From contig NW_008246083.1 of NCBI RefSeq assembly GCF_000281045.1, positions 694,186-732,210 of the forward strand: a stretch of DNA of 38,025 nucleotides. Reading direction: 5' to 3'. The stretch comes from Saprolegnia diclina VS20. Its lineage: Eukaryota. Below are positions 11,100 to 22,630 of the stretch, one piece after another (within the stretch, counting starts at the first letter, position 1; every line of letters begins with the position of its first letter). The position numbers and the translations under genes are program-made. Under the pieces are notes generated by a model. That model did not search any database and was not told where the DNA came from. It worked only from the letters and a program-made list of their open reading frames with translations.

Positions 11100-12122
11100 A
11101 TGCCCGTCTCGTCGCCCGAAGGTCGCGCCGCCGTCCTCGAGAAGGCGGCCCATGGCATCCAAGAACTCATCAACTGGGCGCAGCAGACGACGCCAGGCGG
11201 CAAGTTCCTTCCCAAAACAACCAACTGGACCTTTGAGGCCTGCCGCTTCGAACTCGACCTCGGCGGGGTTGGCACCTTTGACGAGCTCATCCAGCTCTAC
11301 AAGGACCCGAGCGACACGGCTGCGACGCTCAACTACGTCCACGTCGACAAGTCGCAAGAGCTCTTCCCGCTGAACGCACCGGGCATGGACATCTCGCTGC
11401 GCTGGGGCTTCTTCCGCGCGCCGCTGCCCTTCATGCGCGACCGTAGCGTCACGTACATCGAGTACACCAAGGAGTTTACGGACCGGTTTGGCCGCCGCGG
11501 GTTCGCGCGCTACATCCGGTCGCACGCGCTCGGCGCTGTCGACACGCGCTTCGTGCACTCGGAGATTCGATCGTGGGGCGTCGTCATCGTCGAGACGGCC
11601 ACACCCAACATGCTCCACGTGAGCAGTACGGTCGACATTGACTGGCACGGCAACATGCCAACGTGGGTTGCCACCATGATGACGTCCCGGCGCGCGCAGA
11701 GCATCAAGTCGCTCGCGACTGTCCTCCGGACCTCCAAGAAGCTGGCGCTCAAGCGCTGCGGCATCTGCTTAACCAAACCGTCGACGTGGAAGAAGCAGTC
11801 GGCGCTCGTGACGTGCTACGACTGCGACAAGCTCGTGTGCGTCGAGTGTCGATCGATCCACTCGCATGCGCCGGGCGTCTCGAGTTGCTGGGGCTGCGTG
11901 AGCCACAAGACCAAGTTGCACCTCCAGGACAAGAGCATCCGGAGCAAGTCGGCAACCACTGGTGACTCGGAGACGCCGCCGCCATCGTGTATGCACAAGT
12001 CGCCGCCGGCGCGCTTCTCGCAGTCCACCGCCGAGTGGTACACGGAAGAGCGGCCCACGAACGACGACGTCGACCTCTCATACCTCCCCACGTTCCACCG
12101 CCACACCACCTCCGCATCCTAG
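11100..12122 (+). CDS. START-like + FYVE-like zinc finger protein, copy 3
   Basis: ORF 10995..12122 with likely ATG 11100, downstream of TTACTTTTCATTTC. Full 8-Cys finger (CGIC, CYDC, CVEC, CWGC) and VDLSYL tail. Confidence 0.82.
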   Translation: MPVSSPEGRAAVLEKAAHGIQELINWAQQTTPGGKFLPKTTNWTFEACRFELDLGGVGTFDELIQLYKDPSDTAATLNYVHVDKSQELFPLNAPGMDISLRWGFFRAPLPFMRDRSVTYIEYTKEFTDRFGRRGFARYIRSHALGAVDTRFVHSEIRSWGVVIVETATPNMLHVSSTVDIDWHGNMPTWVATMMTSRRAQSIKSLATVLRTSKKLALKRCGICLTKPSTWKKQSALVTCYDCDKLVCVECRSIHSHAPGVSSCWGCVSHKTKLHLQDKSIRSKSATTGDSETPPPSCMHKSPPARFSQSTAEWYTEERPTNDDVDLSYLPTFHRHTTSAS

Positions 12123-13219
12123 TCTGTTAAATCTACACCGTGTGAATACTGTTTGTGCTTTTTCCTTTCACTATACGATGCATCAAGATCGTAGTTGTTG
12201 ATACGTAGGATAAGATCGCAGTCTACGCACCAGAATGAGTACGATAGTGTCCCGTGGAGAGGGCTAGGGTACGTTGGCGGGGGAGCTGCTCAAGAGCTGC
12301 AAATGCTGGCGTCATGGACAGGGATAGAACTGTCCTGCGTTCATGAGTTGCGCCATGAAGCCAAGCGGCGGGCGGTCTCAATTTCGAGTTGCGCCATGCT
12401 GCGCCGTGATGGGGCGTGCCTCTGCACCGCACCATACGTCGTCGCATCATTGATCGATCCATCAAAACGATCGGGACAAGCCGATTCGAAGCCACCGGCT
12501 GGGCAACAGAGCAAGCAATCGTGTGGCTTGGGCTAAGATCTTGGCCGGTTTCTGATCCACAAGGCACAGCTGGGATCAGTGATCGATCTGTGATAGCGGT
12601 AGAAGATGCGGTGGCTCCCCCAACAGGCCCTGCAGGGCGACGGCGAGTAACCTGTGCCCACCTCGCGAATCATGGCGACTACGATCGCGTGAACACGCCC
12701 CGCAGCGTGGCTCCGTCTGAACTTGAAACGCAAACATAACGCGATGGTCCCACGCTGGCCGCCGACCACACGGCTGACGGGACCGTGGCACCCAAGAGAG
12801 TTCTCGGTATCTATTTGCCACCACGATATGCTAGCATTTCTTGGCACTGACGCCAGCGCGGCGCAGCTCCGACGAGACCCACGGCGCTCCAACGAGGTCA
12901 AGGATCTGCGTACCGCGACTGGCCTCTTGAGTTATCGTCTGGTGTGCGTCCGACCTGTGGCCGGATTGTTCCGACGCAGAGCCGGAAGCCAGGTGGTGTG
13001 TCACCTTGATGGGCGCCACCGCCGGCTTCGTCGCCTTCATCGCATACGAATCAACGAGTTGATATTGCATTCTCTCAAACTCAATAATGGAAAAGAGCCG
13101 GGAGAGTAAAAACGTCTCAAAAGCGACATTGAAAATCAAAAACGATGAAAAACAGCTGCTGTACCGTGCGTGTGGCACGCTTTTTCAGTTTGCATTTTGC
13201 CGCCGTCCACCCACGCAGC

Positions 13220-14251
13220 ATGCCCCAACACAACACACTCGACCCGGCCGAGCGGCTCGCGATCCTCCACAAGGCGTCCGGTGGCATCCAAGATCTCATC
13301 AACTGGGCGCAGCAGAACGCCCAAGGCAAGATGCTTCCCAAGACAACCAACTGGACCTTTGAGGCCTGCCGCATCGAGCTCGACCTCGACGACGCCGGCA
13401 CGTTTGACGATGTGATTCGCATGTACCAGAACCCTGGCGACGCCGCCGCCGCCATGCACTACCTGCACGTCGACAAGTCCCAAGTGCTCTTCCCGCTCGA
13501 GGCCGACGGCATGGACATCTCGCTCCGCCTCGGCATCTTCAAGGCGCCGTTCCCGTTCATGCGCGAGCGCAGCGCTACGTACATTGAGTACACGAAGGAG
13601 TTTACGGACGAGCACGGCCGGCGTGGCTTTGCGCGCTACATCCGGTCGCACGCGCTCGGGTCGCTCCACACGTGCTACGTGCGCGCCAACATTCGGTCGT
13701 GGGGCGTCGTCTTCGTCGAGACCGCGGACCCCAACGTTCTCCACGTGAGCAGCACGGTCGACATTGACTGGAACGGTAACATGGCGGCGTGGGTTGCCAC
13801 CATGATGACGTCGCGGCGCGCGCAGAGCATCAAGCAGCTGCCGTCGGCGCTGCGTCTCGCCAAGAAGCTCGCGACCAAGCACTGCGGTGTGTGTCGCTCC
13901 AAGCCCGGCTTGTTTAGCGGTGCGCTCACCGAGTGCACGGACTGTGCTAAGCTCGTGTGCTCGTCCTGCATGTCGGTGCACAAGACGAGCGAGAATGGCG
14001 CGGCGTGCTGGGGCTGCATCCGGCACAAATCGAGCCTCCTCCTCCGGGGGACCGACGACGGTAAGACGGTCCTCACGTCCTACGACGCACCGCCGTCGCC
14101 ACAGTCGTGCGACCACAAGAGCCACAGCCACCTTGTTGACAAGATGGGGTGGGCGTCACCGCAGAACCAAGGAGGGGCCCACCATGCCAAGGAGGTGTTG
14201 GTCGACCTCTCGTACCTCCCGCCGACGCGCACCAAGACGCTGCCTGCGTAG
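13220..14251 (+). CDS. START-like + FYVE-like zinc finger protein, copy 4
   Basis: ORF 13145..14251 with likely ATG 13220, downstream of TTCAGTTTGCATTTTG. 8-Cys finger (CGVC, CTDC, CSSC, CWGC) and VDLSYL tail. Confidence 0.82.
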   Translation: MPQHNTLDPAERLAILHKASGGIQDLINWAQQNAQGKMLPKTTNWTFEACRIELDLDDAGTFDDVIRMYQNPGDAAAAMHYLHVDKSQVLFPLEADGMDISLRLGIFKAPFPFMRERSATYIEYTKEFTDEHGRRGFARYIRSHALGSLHTCYVRANIRSWGVVFVETADPNVLHVSSTVDIDWNGNMAAWVATMMTSRRAQSIKQLPSALRLAKKLATKHCGVCRSKPGLFSGALTECTDCAKLVCSSCMSVHKTSENGAACWGCIRHKSSLLLRGTDDGKTVLTSYDAPPSPQSCDHKSHSHLVDKMGWASPQNQGGAHHAKEVLVDLSYLPPTRTKTLPA

Positions 14252-15236
14252 TTGTTGAACGTGAATATGTGTATTTATAACAGGACAAAAGTGTTTAAAC
14301 ACGACCAAGTGTTTTTTTATAGTCGATTTTAGAGCATCTCTTGTCTGCCGCTGCTAATCACAGGTGTTTGTACAGTGTACGACGAGCGGGTCGCAGTGGC
14401 AGGAAACGACCGATGGAAGACCACAAGGTCCACGATTACTCTGTCCGAGGCCCACGGTTGATGGCTACAGCGTCGTTTGCGTCCGAATCTCGCTACCGCC
14501 AGAACCGGTAGCACTAAACCGCGGCGCTGGACGATGCACGATGAATGCCCCCGACGTCAAGCACTGACTCGTTCCTGAAGCGTGGACATACGGGCGGACT
14601 GCACGCTGCTTCAAGGCACCCAAGTCCACCGCCGGAACGCAGCATAACGACGCATGTCGCATCTCCTTCGACTCGCTCATCTCGACGCGATGAAAAGACC
14701 AAGCAAAAATAGGGGACGATCGCTGGACATATCGACTTGCTACTAACCTACTAGGAGTAGTACTAGAACCACGGAACGGCGTCGGCGTGCACGGCAGACG
14801 AATCTCGGCCGTCCATGCCACTGGGCATATCCAACTCTTGGGCTGATTACCACAGTGAGGAAATACTCAACACCGCCGAAGGCAACGGAAGTCAACGCAC
14901 ACGCGTCGGCGTCCAATCGGTGGACGCGTCGTGAGTCACGCAGGAATGCGTGCGACGTCTACAGTCCTCGCGGTGATCACGGCCCAGCATCTCGACACTG
15001 CATATTCTGATATCATAGTAATCGAGGGTTAGTTGGCGAGCTCGACTGGCGACAGCGGAACGAGTATCTACCACCACCTTGCAACTCGGACGCAAGCAAA
15101 GCAGCTTGACAGGCGAGCGCGGCTGCGATAATACTCGCGCCAGCCAACATCGCATGACTGGTCGACGCACCCAAAGTGGATCGCGCTATCCCACGCTCGA
15201 GCGCCAGACACTTTTCTTTTTGCGCCGGTTGAGACC

Positions 15237-16190
15237 ATGCCGCTCCTGCAGTCGAATGACCACGCTGACATCCTCGCAACGGCGTCCGCGGGCATGGCTG
15301 ACCTCCTTGCGTGGGCCAAGCCCGAGGGGTCGCTCCACTCGGCGGCCACCAACTGGGCGTTCGAGGCGTGCCGATACGAGCTGTCGCTCGATGGCAGCGG
15401 CACGTTCGACGATGTTGTCAAGCTCTACAAGTCGCCCAACGATGTGGCCGCCGCACTCCACCACGTCCACGTCGACAAGTCCCAGGTGCTCTACACGTTT
15501 ACGGCCAGCAGCATGGACATTGCACTGCGCTGGGGCGTCTTCCGATCGCCGTTTCCGCTGATGCGCGACCGGAGCGCCACGTACATCGAGCACACCAAGG
15601 AGTTTGCTACTGCAAGCGGCCTCCGCGGCTTTGCACGCTTGATCAAGTCGCACGCGATCGGCCGCGTCGACGACGCCAACTACGTCCGCGCCAACATTCG
15701 GTCATGGGGTGTCGTTGTCATGGAGACACCGGACCCAAATGTGCTCCACGTGAGCAGTACGGTCGACATTGACTGGCACGGCAGCACGCCAACGTGGGTC
15801 GCGACCTTGATGACGTCCCGGCGCGCGCAGAGCATCAAGGCGCTCGCGACTGTCCTCCGGACTTCCAAGAAGATGGCGCTCAAGCATTGCTCCGTGTGCA
15901 CCAACAAGTCGCGCGCCTTCAACCGGTTCTCGCAGCTCGTGCCGTGCACAGACTGCACCAAGCCCGTGTGCTCGACGTGCCGGTCGATGCCGAACCGAGG
16001 CGCGACATGCTGCTGGGGCTGTGTCAAGAACAAGGTCGTCGTGCGCCGTCTCTCAACTGCGGGCTTGACACGGCGCGTCGACGCATCGTCAACCCATCCT
16101 AGTACACCCGAGACGACGCTGGGGTGGTATACGCCCAAGCACACTGCCACCGTGGACGAGTCGATTTACACGCAGTCGATCGAGGTGTAG
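15237..16190 (+). CDS. START-like + FYVE-like zinc finger protein, copy 5
   Basis: 317-aa ORF, clearly paralogous. 8-Cys finger (CSVC, CTDC, CSTC, CWGC). INR-like ACACTTTTCTTTTTG at 15208. Confidence 0.82.
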   Translation: MPLLQSNDHADILATASAGMADLLAWAKPEGSLHSAATNWAFEACRYELSLDGSGTFDDVVKLYKSPNDVAAALHHVHVDKSQVLYTFTASSMDIALRWGVFRSPFPLMRDRSATYIEHTKEFATASGLRGFARLIKSHAIGRVDDANYVRANIRSWGVVVMETPDPNVLHVSSTVDIDWHGSTPTWVATLMTSRRAQSIKALATVLRTSKKMALKHCSVCTNKSRAFNRFSQLVPCTDCTKPVCSTCRSMPNRGATCCWGCVKNKVVVRRLSTAGLTRRVDASSTHPSTPETTLGWYTPKHTATVDESIYTQSIEV

Positions 16191-17546
16191 CATTTTGCGT
16201 CTTGCACTAACTATGTTTTCGATAAAAATGGAGAATTTTGTACTTGTACGATTCCAGTGGTTTGTGGCAATAGCATGCTTGCGTACGACTCGACGACTTG
16301 GCGAAAAGATGATGCGAGAACGTGACCTCTGGTGGACGACGCGAGGCAGCTACGCGAGGCAAGGCAAAGGAAGCATCCACACGGCTCTTCGGAGATTCTT
16401 CGATGCCAGCTGTTTCAACCCTAAACTCAGACAGCCAGAAAACTGATTAAGAAGCGTACGGTCCGCGCACGCCGACTCGAAAAGCGATTCGTCGATCGGC
16501 AAAAAGACTTTTCTATTCTCAGTTGCTCGAATGGAAAGGAGGTTGAAGAAATGCAGCGACTCCGATGTACGCCGGATATTCAGCCACGTACCACGCACCA
16601 GAATCCTGGATTTATGCCAAATTTCTGAAATTTTCACCATTTCTTGCGAACCACTTGCGCCACTTGCGGAACATGCGTCGTCCAATAGGTGCTTCTACCA
16701 ACGAATTCACAAGTCCGAGCGCAGTTGGTAGAGTGTTTGACTGTAGCTGGGTACTCGTATACGAATTCACACAGTGCGTTGACGGTGGGGAGCACGCAGC
16801 CATTGCCGACACCAACGCCGTGGGCGCTAATACTTCCTGGTTGTTCAAGATCGTCGAGTCCGATGTTTCGTACCATACTGACTATAGTAGGAACCCTACA
16901 AAGACCTTCCTCAAAGAAAATTTGGCTCCAGGATCGTCAATAGGGCTCATTTCAAATCATATTCTGCTTTTGAACCGGACGTCCGTGGCCTCACGTTTGG
17001 GTGGTAAACAGACGCAACTAGAGAAAAACATGTGGCAGAGAGGCGGGCGTGCGCCATCCCTGGCGACTGTGGGGAATTAAGAGGACAAACGTGCGGTCAG
17101 CTTGACGCGACATGCAGCCACGCGTCCCAGATGTCGCCGACTGCCATGTGATCACGTCGCAATCTTTTTCAGGGCGGTCCTCTTCTTTTGCACTCGAGCT
17201 ACACGATCGATTCGCTCTGGCGCGCTATAAGAACCTACGATGGGCTAGACTGGCGTAGCGAGACAGGTCATGTTACTTGCGTGAGGGGCGACGGCGACTG
17301 TAGGACGAAGGATGCTGTGTCGCACCGGGTGTGCATCGACCTGCGAAGGTGTGCAAGAACGGGCCGAACCACGCACGTTGGTCACTCCTTAGCTGTATCT
17401 AACTCGCATTGCAGTTGCCGAGGAAGACGCCTGCTTCCCAAGTCCGCGGGTGTTGCATACCGCACACAGGCAGCATCACGTGGCGCTGGCGTCAACGGTA
17501 CGAAACCGAGCTTGGACCAGTCAATGACACGCACTTTTCAATTTCC

Positions 17547-18536
17547 ATGACTCCGCTCAGCAGCTCGACGGAAGCGCGCGCCGAGATTCTCGCAGCAGCC
17601 GCAAATGGCCTCGACAACCTCATTCTCTGGTCCAGTCTCGCGGGCGCAGCGACACCCAAGGCAGCCAACGACACGGTCGAAGCTTGCCGCCTTGAGCTCG
17701 ACTTGGGCGCCGATGGCACCTTTGACGACGCAGTACGATTGTACAAACTGCCCAACGACCCCGCCGCTGCGCTTCACGGTCTTCACGTTGACAAGTCCCA
17801 GCCATTGTACCAACTCCAGGCTGACGGCATGAACATCTCGCTGCGCTGGGGCATCTTCAAGGCGCCGTTTCCGTTCATGCGCGACCGGTGCGCCACGTAC
17901 ATCGAGTGCACCAAGGAGTTTACGGAGGCGAGCGGTCGCCGCGGGTTTGCTCGGTACCTCCGGTCGCACGCCACCGGTGGACTCCACGGCAGCAACGTGC
18001 CCGTCGACATTCGGTCGTGGGGCGTTGTGCTTCTCGAAACAGCCAGTCCCAGTGTTCTTCACGTGAGCAGCAGGGTCGACATTGACTGGAGCAGCCACAC
18101 GCCCACTTGGGTCGCGACCATGATGACGTCCCGACGGGCGCAGAGCGTCAAGCAGTTGCCGTCGGCGCTGCGGCTCGCCAAGAAGCTCACCCAGGCACGG
18201 TGCGCGATCTGCCTCAACAAGCCGTTCTTTCTTTCGCGCGAGTCGCAGCTCGCGCCGTGTTGCGACTGCGCAAGGCCCGTGTGTTGCAACTGTCGGGCGC
18301 TCGGTGCCGGTGACGGCCAAGCCACGAGCTGCTGGGCATGCGTGAGCGCCAAGGCCAAGGTCAAGCGCCCCGCGCCCCGACCCCACAGCAAATCCATCGC
18401 TATGCTCGACAAGACACCGCAGACGTGCCGGCGCAAGACGCCAGTGACCACCGCGACGTCTGGCTTGTACACACCGCAGAACCACCGCCGCCAGAAAGAA
18501 CCGCCGTTAGACTTATCGTACCTTCCGCCACTGTAG
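17547..18536 (+). CDS. START-like + FYVE-like zinc finger protein, copy 6
   Basis: ORF 17409..18536 with likely ATG 17547, downstream of GCACTTTTCAATTTC. 8-Cys finger (CAIC, CCDC, CCNC, CWAC) and LDLSYL tail. Confidence 0.82.
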   Translation: MTPLSSSTEARAEILAAAANGLDNLILWSSLAGAATPKAANDTVEACRLELDLGADGTFDDAVRLYKLPNDPAAALHGLHVDKSQPLYQLQADGMNISLRWGIFKAPFPFMRDRCATYIECTKEFTEASGRRGFARYLRSHATGGLHGSNVPVDIRSWGVVLLETASPSVLHVSSRVDIDWSSHTPTWVATMMTSRRAQSVKQLPSALRLAKKLTQARCAICLNKPFFLSRESQLAPCCDCARPVCCNCRALGAGDGQATSCWACVSAKAKVKRPAPRPHSKSIAMLDKTPQTCRRKTPVTTATSGLYTPQNHRRQKEPPLDLSYLPPL

Positions 18537-18641
18537 TATCGTAGAAAGCACGAGACCACGAATTGAACGACGACTTGTTCTACGTTAGATGCACCTAGCC
18601 CTCGTTGTTTATATCGATATATGGCTTTAAGTCTAATGAGG

Positions 18642-19953
18642 TCACGAGGAGAGCAAACGTGACGTAGGAAGGTCCCGCGTGCCCTCTGACTCGGTGGTTA
18701 CAGGACGAACCGAGTGGTATCGACGATAGCACTCGAGAACACCGAGCATACAAACTGCGGTAGCCAACGAGACGATGTACATGTGTTGTGCCCAGCGGGG
18801 TGCTGCATTGGCGGCAACGACAATAGGTACTTGACACAGAGCGACGAGGGCGCAGAGGGAGTAGAGCGCACCGAGAAGCGATCCAAGACTCGCCTCGCCA
18901 AAGGTCTCGGCTCCAAACGCGGCGACCGTCGAATACAGAAAGCCTCGAAAAATGGTAAAGAGCACAAACGTAATGGGCTGCAGCTCTAGCGACGGCACCA
19001 GTAGGAACGCGTGGTAGCCCACGCAGAGCAGCGACGTGCTGAACATTGCGCCGAGCACACTGTACTTGCGCACAACAGCGTGCAAGAGCGGCACCGCCAG
19101 AAACCCAACCGGAAGGACCCACCCAAACGCGCGCGTGTAGACTAGACGTTGGTCTCCGTCAACCTAGACATATTCGCCATAAATCTCGTATATCAAAAAG
19201 AAAACTTACCGCAAGCATGCGATTGACGGTTCCGAAAAAGATGGCCGACTGCAGGTTGTGCACGCTCGCAAAGACGGCGAGGAAGCCAAAGGGCAGCGAG
19301 ATAAGTTGTGTCGTCCACGAAATGGCGAGCCTCTTCTCTTCCTTGACCTCCTTCGTGCCTCGGTGGAGGTGCCAGCAGATCGCTACCAGTGGGTACACGG
19401 CCAGAGCAAGCCCCGCGTAGACAAGGAGCAGCGTCTGCCGCGACAAACCGAGCGCGGTATGCAGCGCGTAGAGCACCGAGGGCATGACGGCGCTCGCGTC
19501 AAAGAGGCAGTTGGCTGCGGCGAGGACGAGCGTTTGCCAGGGGAGGTGCACGAACCCGGCTTGGAACGACGTGAGCAGCGTGAGCGTACCGCCAACGCCA
19601 ATGAGGCAGTAGCCTTCGATGAAGGCATCGAACGTCACCGAGTCCGAGACGGCCATGAGCGCAAAACCCACAGCCGAAAATGCACCCGCGACAAGACTCG
19701 TGGCGACGGGCCCCGCCTTGTCAAGAAAAAGGCCGGCGGGGAACGAGCTCAGTGTGGTTGTAAACTGTGCGAGACCGTAAATGAGTGCGAGCTGCGACTC
19801 TTGCGCAGCGCAGCGCACCGAAGGACTCTCGCAGCGGTCGTGGTACTGGTCTTCATCAATGAGGAAGAGCTGCATGGACGCCCAGCCCGAGATGAACCCG
19901 GAGAAGAGGAGGTTGGCGCCGAGCACGAGCAGCACGAGCAGATTGGACAGCAT
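18642..19953 (-). CDS. MFS transporter, SLC43/LAT3-like, copy 3; 2 exons
   Basis: ORFs 19159..19953 and 18642..19094 are joined by a GT-AG intron at 19164-19209 (..GTVNRMLA|VDGDQRLVYTRAFGW..). Motifs GFISGWAS, LDKAGP, FRGFLYS. Confidence 0.87.
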
Positions 19954-20941
19954 AGGTAGCGGGTGCTCTCTGTCCTAAGTGAGTAGTCGTTATGAGGCTG
20001 GTGCTGTAGAGAGCACGGACAGATGATAGCAAGTGGTAGGCGCCTCGCTCGGCGGCGCCAAAGGTCATTTTGGCGTTTCAGTAGGTAAAGTTCCACGAGA
20101 TAGCCCAAATGCGATGCGATGCGCAGGTTGATGAGCTTGTTTTCTGTTTCTATAGACTTAGTAAAAGGAAAGAAATGTCAGTCGTTCGCCTCGCATCATG
20201 CCCAGCGGCGAGAAAGTGTAGGAAAAGTACAATGGATCTACAACCGTTCATGACGTGGCGCGCTCTGAGTGCAGAACGGAAGGAATGCCTTGTTGAACAG
20301 CGCTGCTGCGGTTTACCCGAAAATCTTTGGTGATCAAAAGCAAGGGTATAAATCATCTCTTATATACCCTTGACAAAAGGAGAGCGCCGGACGCCAGTAG
20401 AGGATGCCCTGTGTGCCAACTCGGCGGAACAACGTCGGGTCAACGATCGCAGAGAGGCTGCTGTGTGTTGTTCGTCGTCGTCTACCAGACATGGTTTGCA
20501 GCATTACGCACCGTATAATTTGTGTTGATGCGCTCTGTTGATGGATCAACACGACGTACACACCATGGCACGTGCGCATGTTGCGACGCCGGTCCCTTCA
20601 ATCACGTCAACTTGGCCGTACAAGATGATGTGATCTCAGCGCTGTGTCGCAGTGTACCCAGCAGTGCTCTCCGAGAATACGGGTCGCATTGGCCATCGCC
20701 GCAGCGGCGGCGTTGCCGTGCCTCCTGAAAAAGACCGCGGACGTCCAACCTGCTGGTGATTGGCCTATCACACTTTGCCTTCGAACTTCGCTTTTTAAAG
20801 CCTCTAGTTGCACGCACGCTTAGCCTCTCCGATATCTTTCCAGACTTCAAAAATAAGCATACAATGGCGTGCATTTAGTCTTGCAACTTCAAGGTCGAAC
20901 TTCGATAGCAGGGATGCCATCGGCCTTCATACTCGTTCGCG

Positions 20942-22324
20942 ATGGCGCGGTCCGTTGTCGTCGCGCAGGTTCTCTTCGTGCTTCTCTCGGACATTCTCTT
21001 CTCGGGCGTCATCTATGGCTGGGCGCCGCTCGCGCTCATGCTCCAAGAAGAGGACCAGTACGGCGAGCTCTGCCACGGCGCGCGCGACGGCGCCCGCTGC
21101 AGCGACCAGGACACGCAGCTCAACCTTGTCTACGCGGTCGCCACGTTCCTCTCGTCCATGATCTCGCTGCCCGTGGGGATGCTCATGGACCGCATCGGTC
21201 CTAAATACACGATCCTCGTTGCGGGTGTGCTGCAAACCACGGGCCTCTTCTTCCTTGGCGCCGCCGACTCCAAGACGCTGGACGTGTTTGTGCCAGCGTA
21301 CGCGACGCTCGCGGTCGGCGGCGGCATGACGCTCATGGGCTCCTTCTCTTCGAGCTTCCTCGTGCCCGAGTACCAGACCGTGATCCTCGCAGCCGTCAGC
21401 TGTGCGTTTGACGGCAGCAGCGCCGTCATGCTCGGCCTCTACTACCTCCACGAGTCGCTCGGCTGGTCGCGCCACGCCATCTTCACGGGCTACGCCGTGC
21501 TCTGCCTCATCGTCTACGCCTGCCTCGTCGGGCTCTGGCACGTGAACGAGCACCTGCTCGTCGAGGCGTCGCCGACGGAGGGTGAGAGCAAACGACTCAT
21601 TCCCGCTAGCCCGAGCGCAGCTGTCAGCTTCTCTCCACCTTGCACCTCCTGACGTTTCTCTGGTGCTGTAGGCAACGACGATCTGGGACCACCTCAAGTC
21701 GTTCGAGTTTGTGTACCTTCTCATCTTTACAAGCATCCACCTCTTCCGCTCCAACCTGTACATTGGCACGACCAACAACGTCCTCGAGGTTCAGAGATGC
21801 CATTTGTACAATGCGACAATTTTTTCGACTAGATTTACGGCGACGAAAGCGATGGCCATGTCTTCACCAAGATTTTTGGGTTCATATTGCCCCTCGGATT
21901 CCTCTTCGTGCCAATCATCAACCACGTGGTCGAAGACCGGGGCATGCCGATGGCCATGTACGTGACTGTCGGCCTTGGCCTCCTCTACAACGCACTCGCC
22001 CTTGTGCCGTCGCTACCGCTGCAAGTCCTTACGTTCAGTGTCTTTACCGGCTTCCGCGCCTTTCTGTATACGGTCATCACGGCGTTTGCGGCCAAGATGT
22101 TTGGACTCACGTTCATGGGCACGCTTGTCGGCTTCATCTATACCTCGGGTTCGCTCGTGAGTTTGCTGCAGATCCCCGCGGTCGCCTACGCCAACGCCCG
22201 CCACGACTACTCGCACGTGTACATTGGCACGCTCGTGCTCGGCGCCGTCTTGGTGCCTCTCACCGAGCAGTACCGGCAGCGTGCGCTCTTGGCCGCATCG
22301 AGCAGCGCTGTCGTCGAGCCCTAG
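20942..22324 (+). CDS. MFS transporter, SLC43/LAT3-like, copy 4; 3 exons
   Basis: GVIYGWAPL..ML.EEDQYGELC...C.DQDTQLNLVYAVA and MDRIGP. Introns 21623-21671 and 21789-21832 restore the frame into ORF 21887..22324 (FRAFLYT). Confidence 0.88.
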
Positions 22325-22556
22325 TTTGCTTACACCAGCTCGATCGATAGAAGAATGGACACGAGTTTCAATTGCTCCGTTTTGTCTTGAAGCACTCGTC
22401 TTACTCTGCGACCTCAGTCTCTAGTCATCTACCTCCGAGTACGCAGCTCAAGGGGTGCCGTTTGTATACCTTTGATGCCAGAAGGTCAACCCAACTATTG
22501 ATGGGCACTGACTAGTACGACCACAAGGTGCCCTTCATTGACGAGCGGCCTAGTAG

Positions 22557-22630
22557 TAGTAGTGACACATTATACTAGATCTTATTGATGGATAGGCATC
22601 AATAAGATCTAGTATAATGTGTCACTACTA
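22557..22630. repeat. Perfect 34-bp inverted repeat with a 6-nt loop (hairpin/cruciform)
   Basis: TAGTAGTGACACATTATACTAGATCTTATTGATG - GATAGG - CATCAATAAGATCTAGTATAATGTGTCACTACTA. The arms are exact reverse complements. Confidence 0.97.

Noticed and set aside
12980..13065. Short hydrophobic frame (ARWCVTLMGATAGFVAFI) resembling a membrane-protein fragment
   Set aside because: Under 30 codons, with no supporting exons.
16200..17080. Possible pseudogene or transposon debris between copies 5 and 6 (ORF 16565..17080)
   Set aside because: No recognisable transposase or RT motifs, no terminal repeats, and weak codon bias.
22557..22630. Hairpin as a CACTA transposon or a CRISPR repeat
   Set aside because: TAGTG and CACTA are in the wrong orientation for CACTA termini, no transposase or clear target-site duplication is present, and there is no repeat-spacer periodicity.
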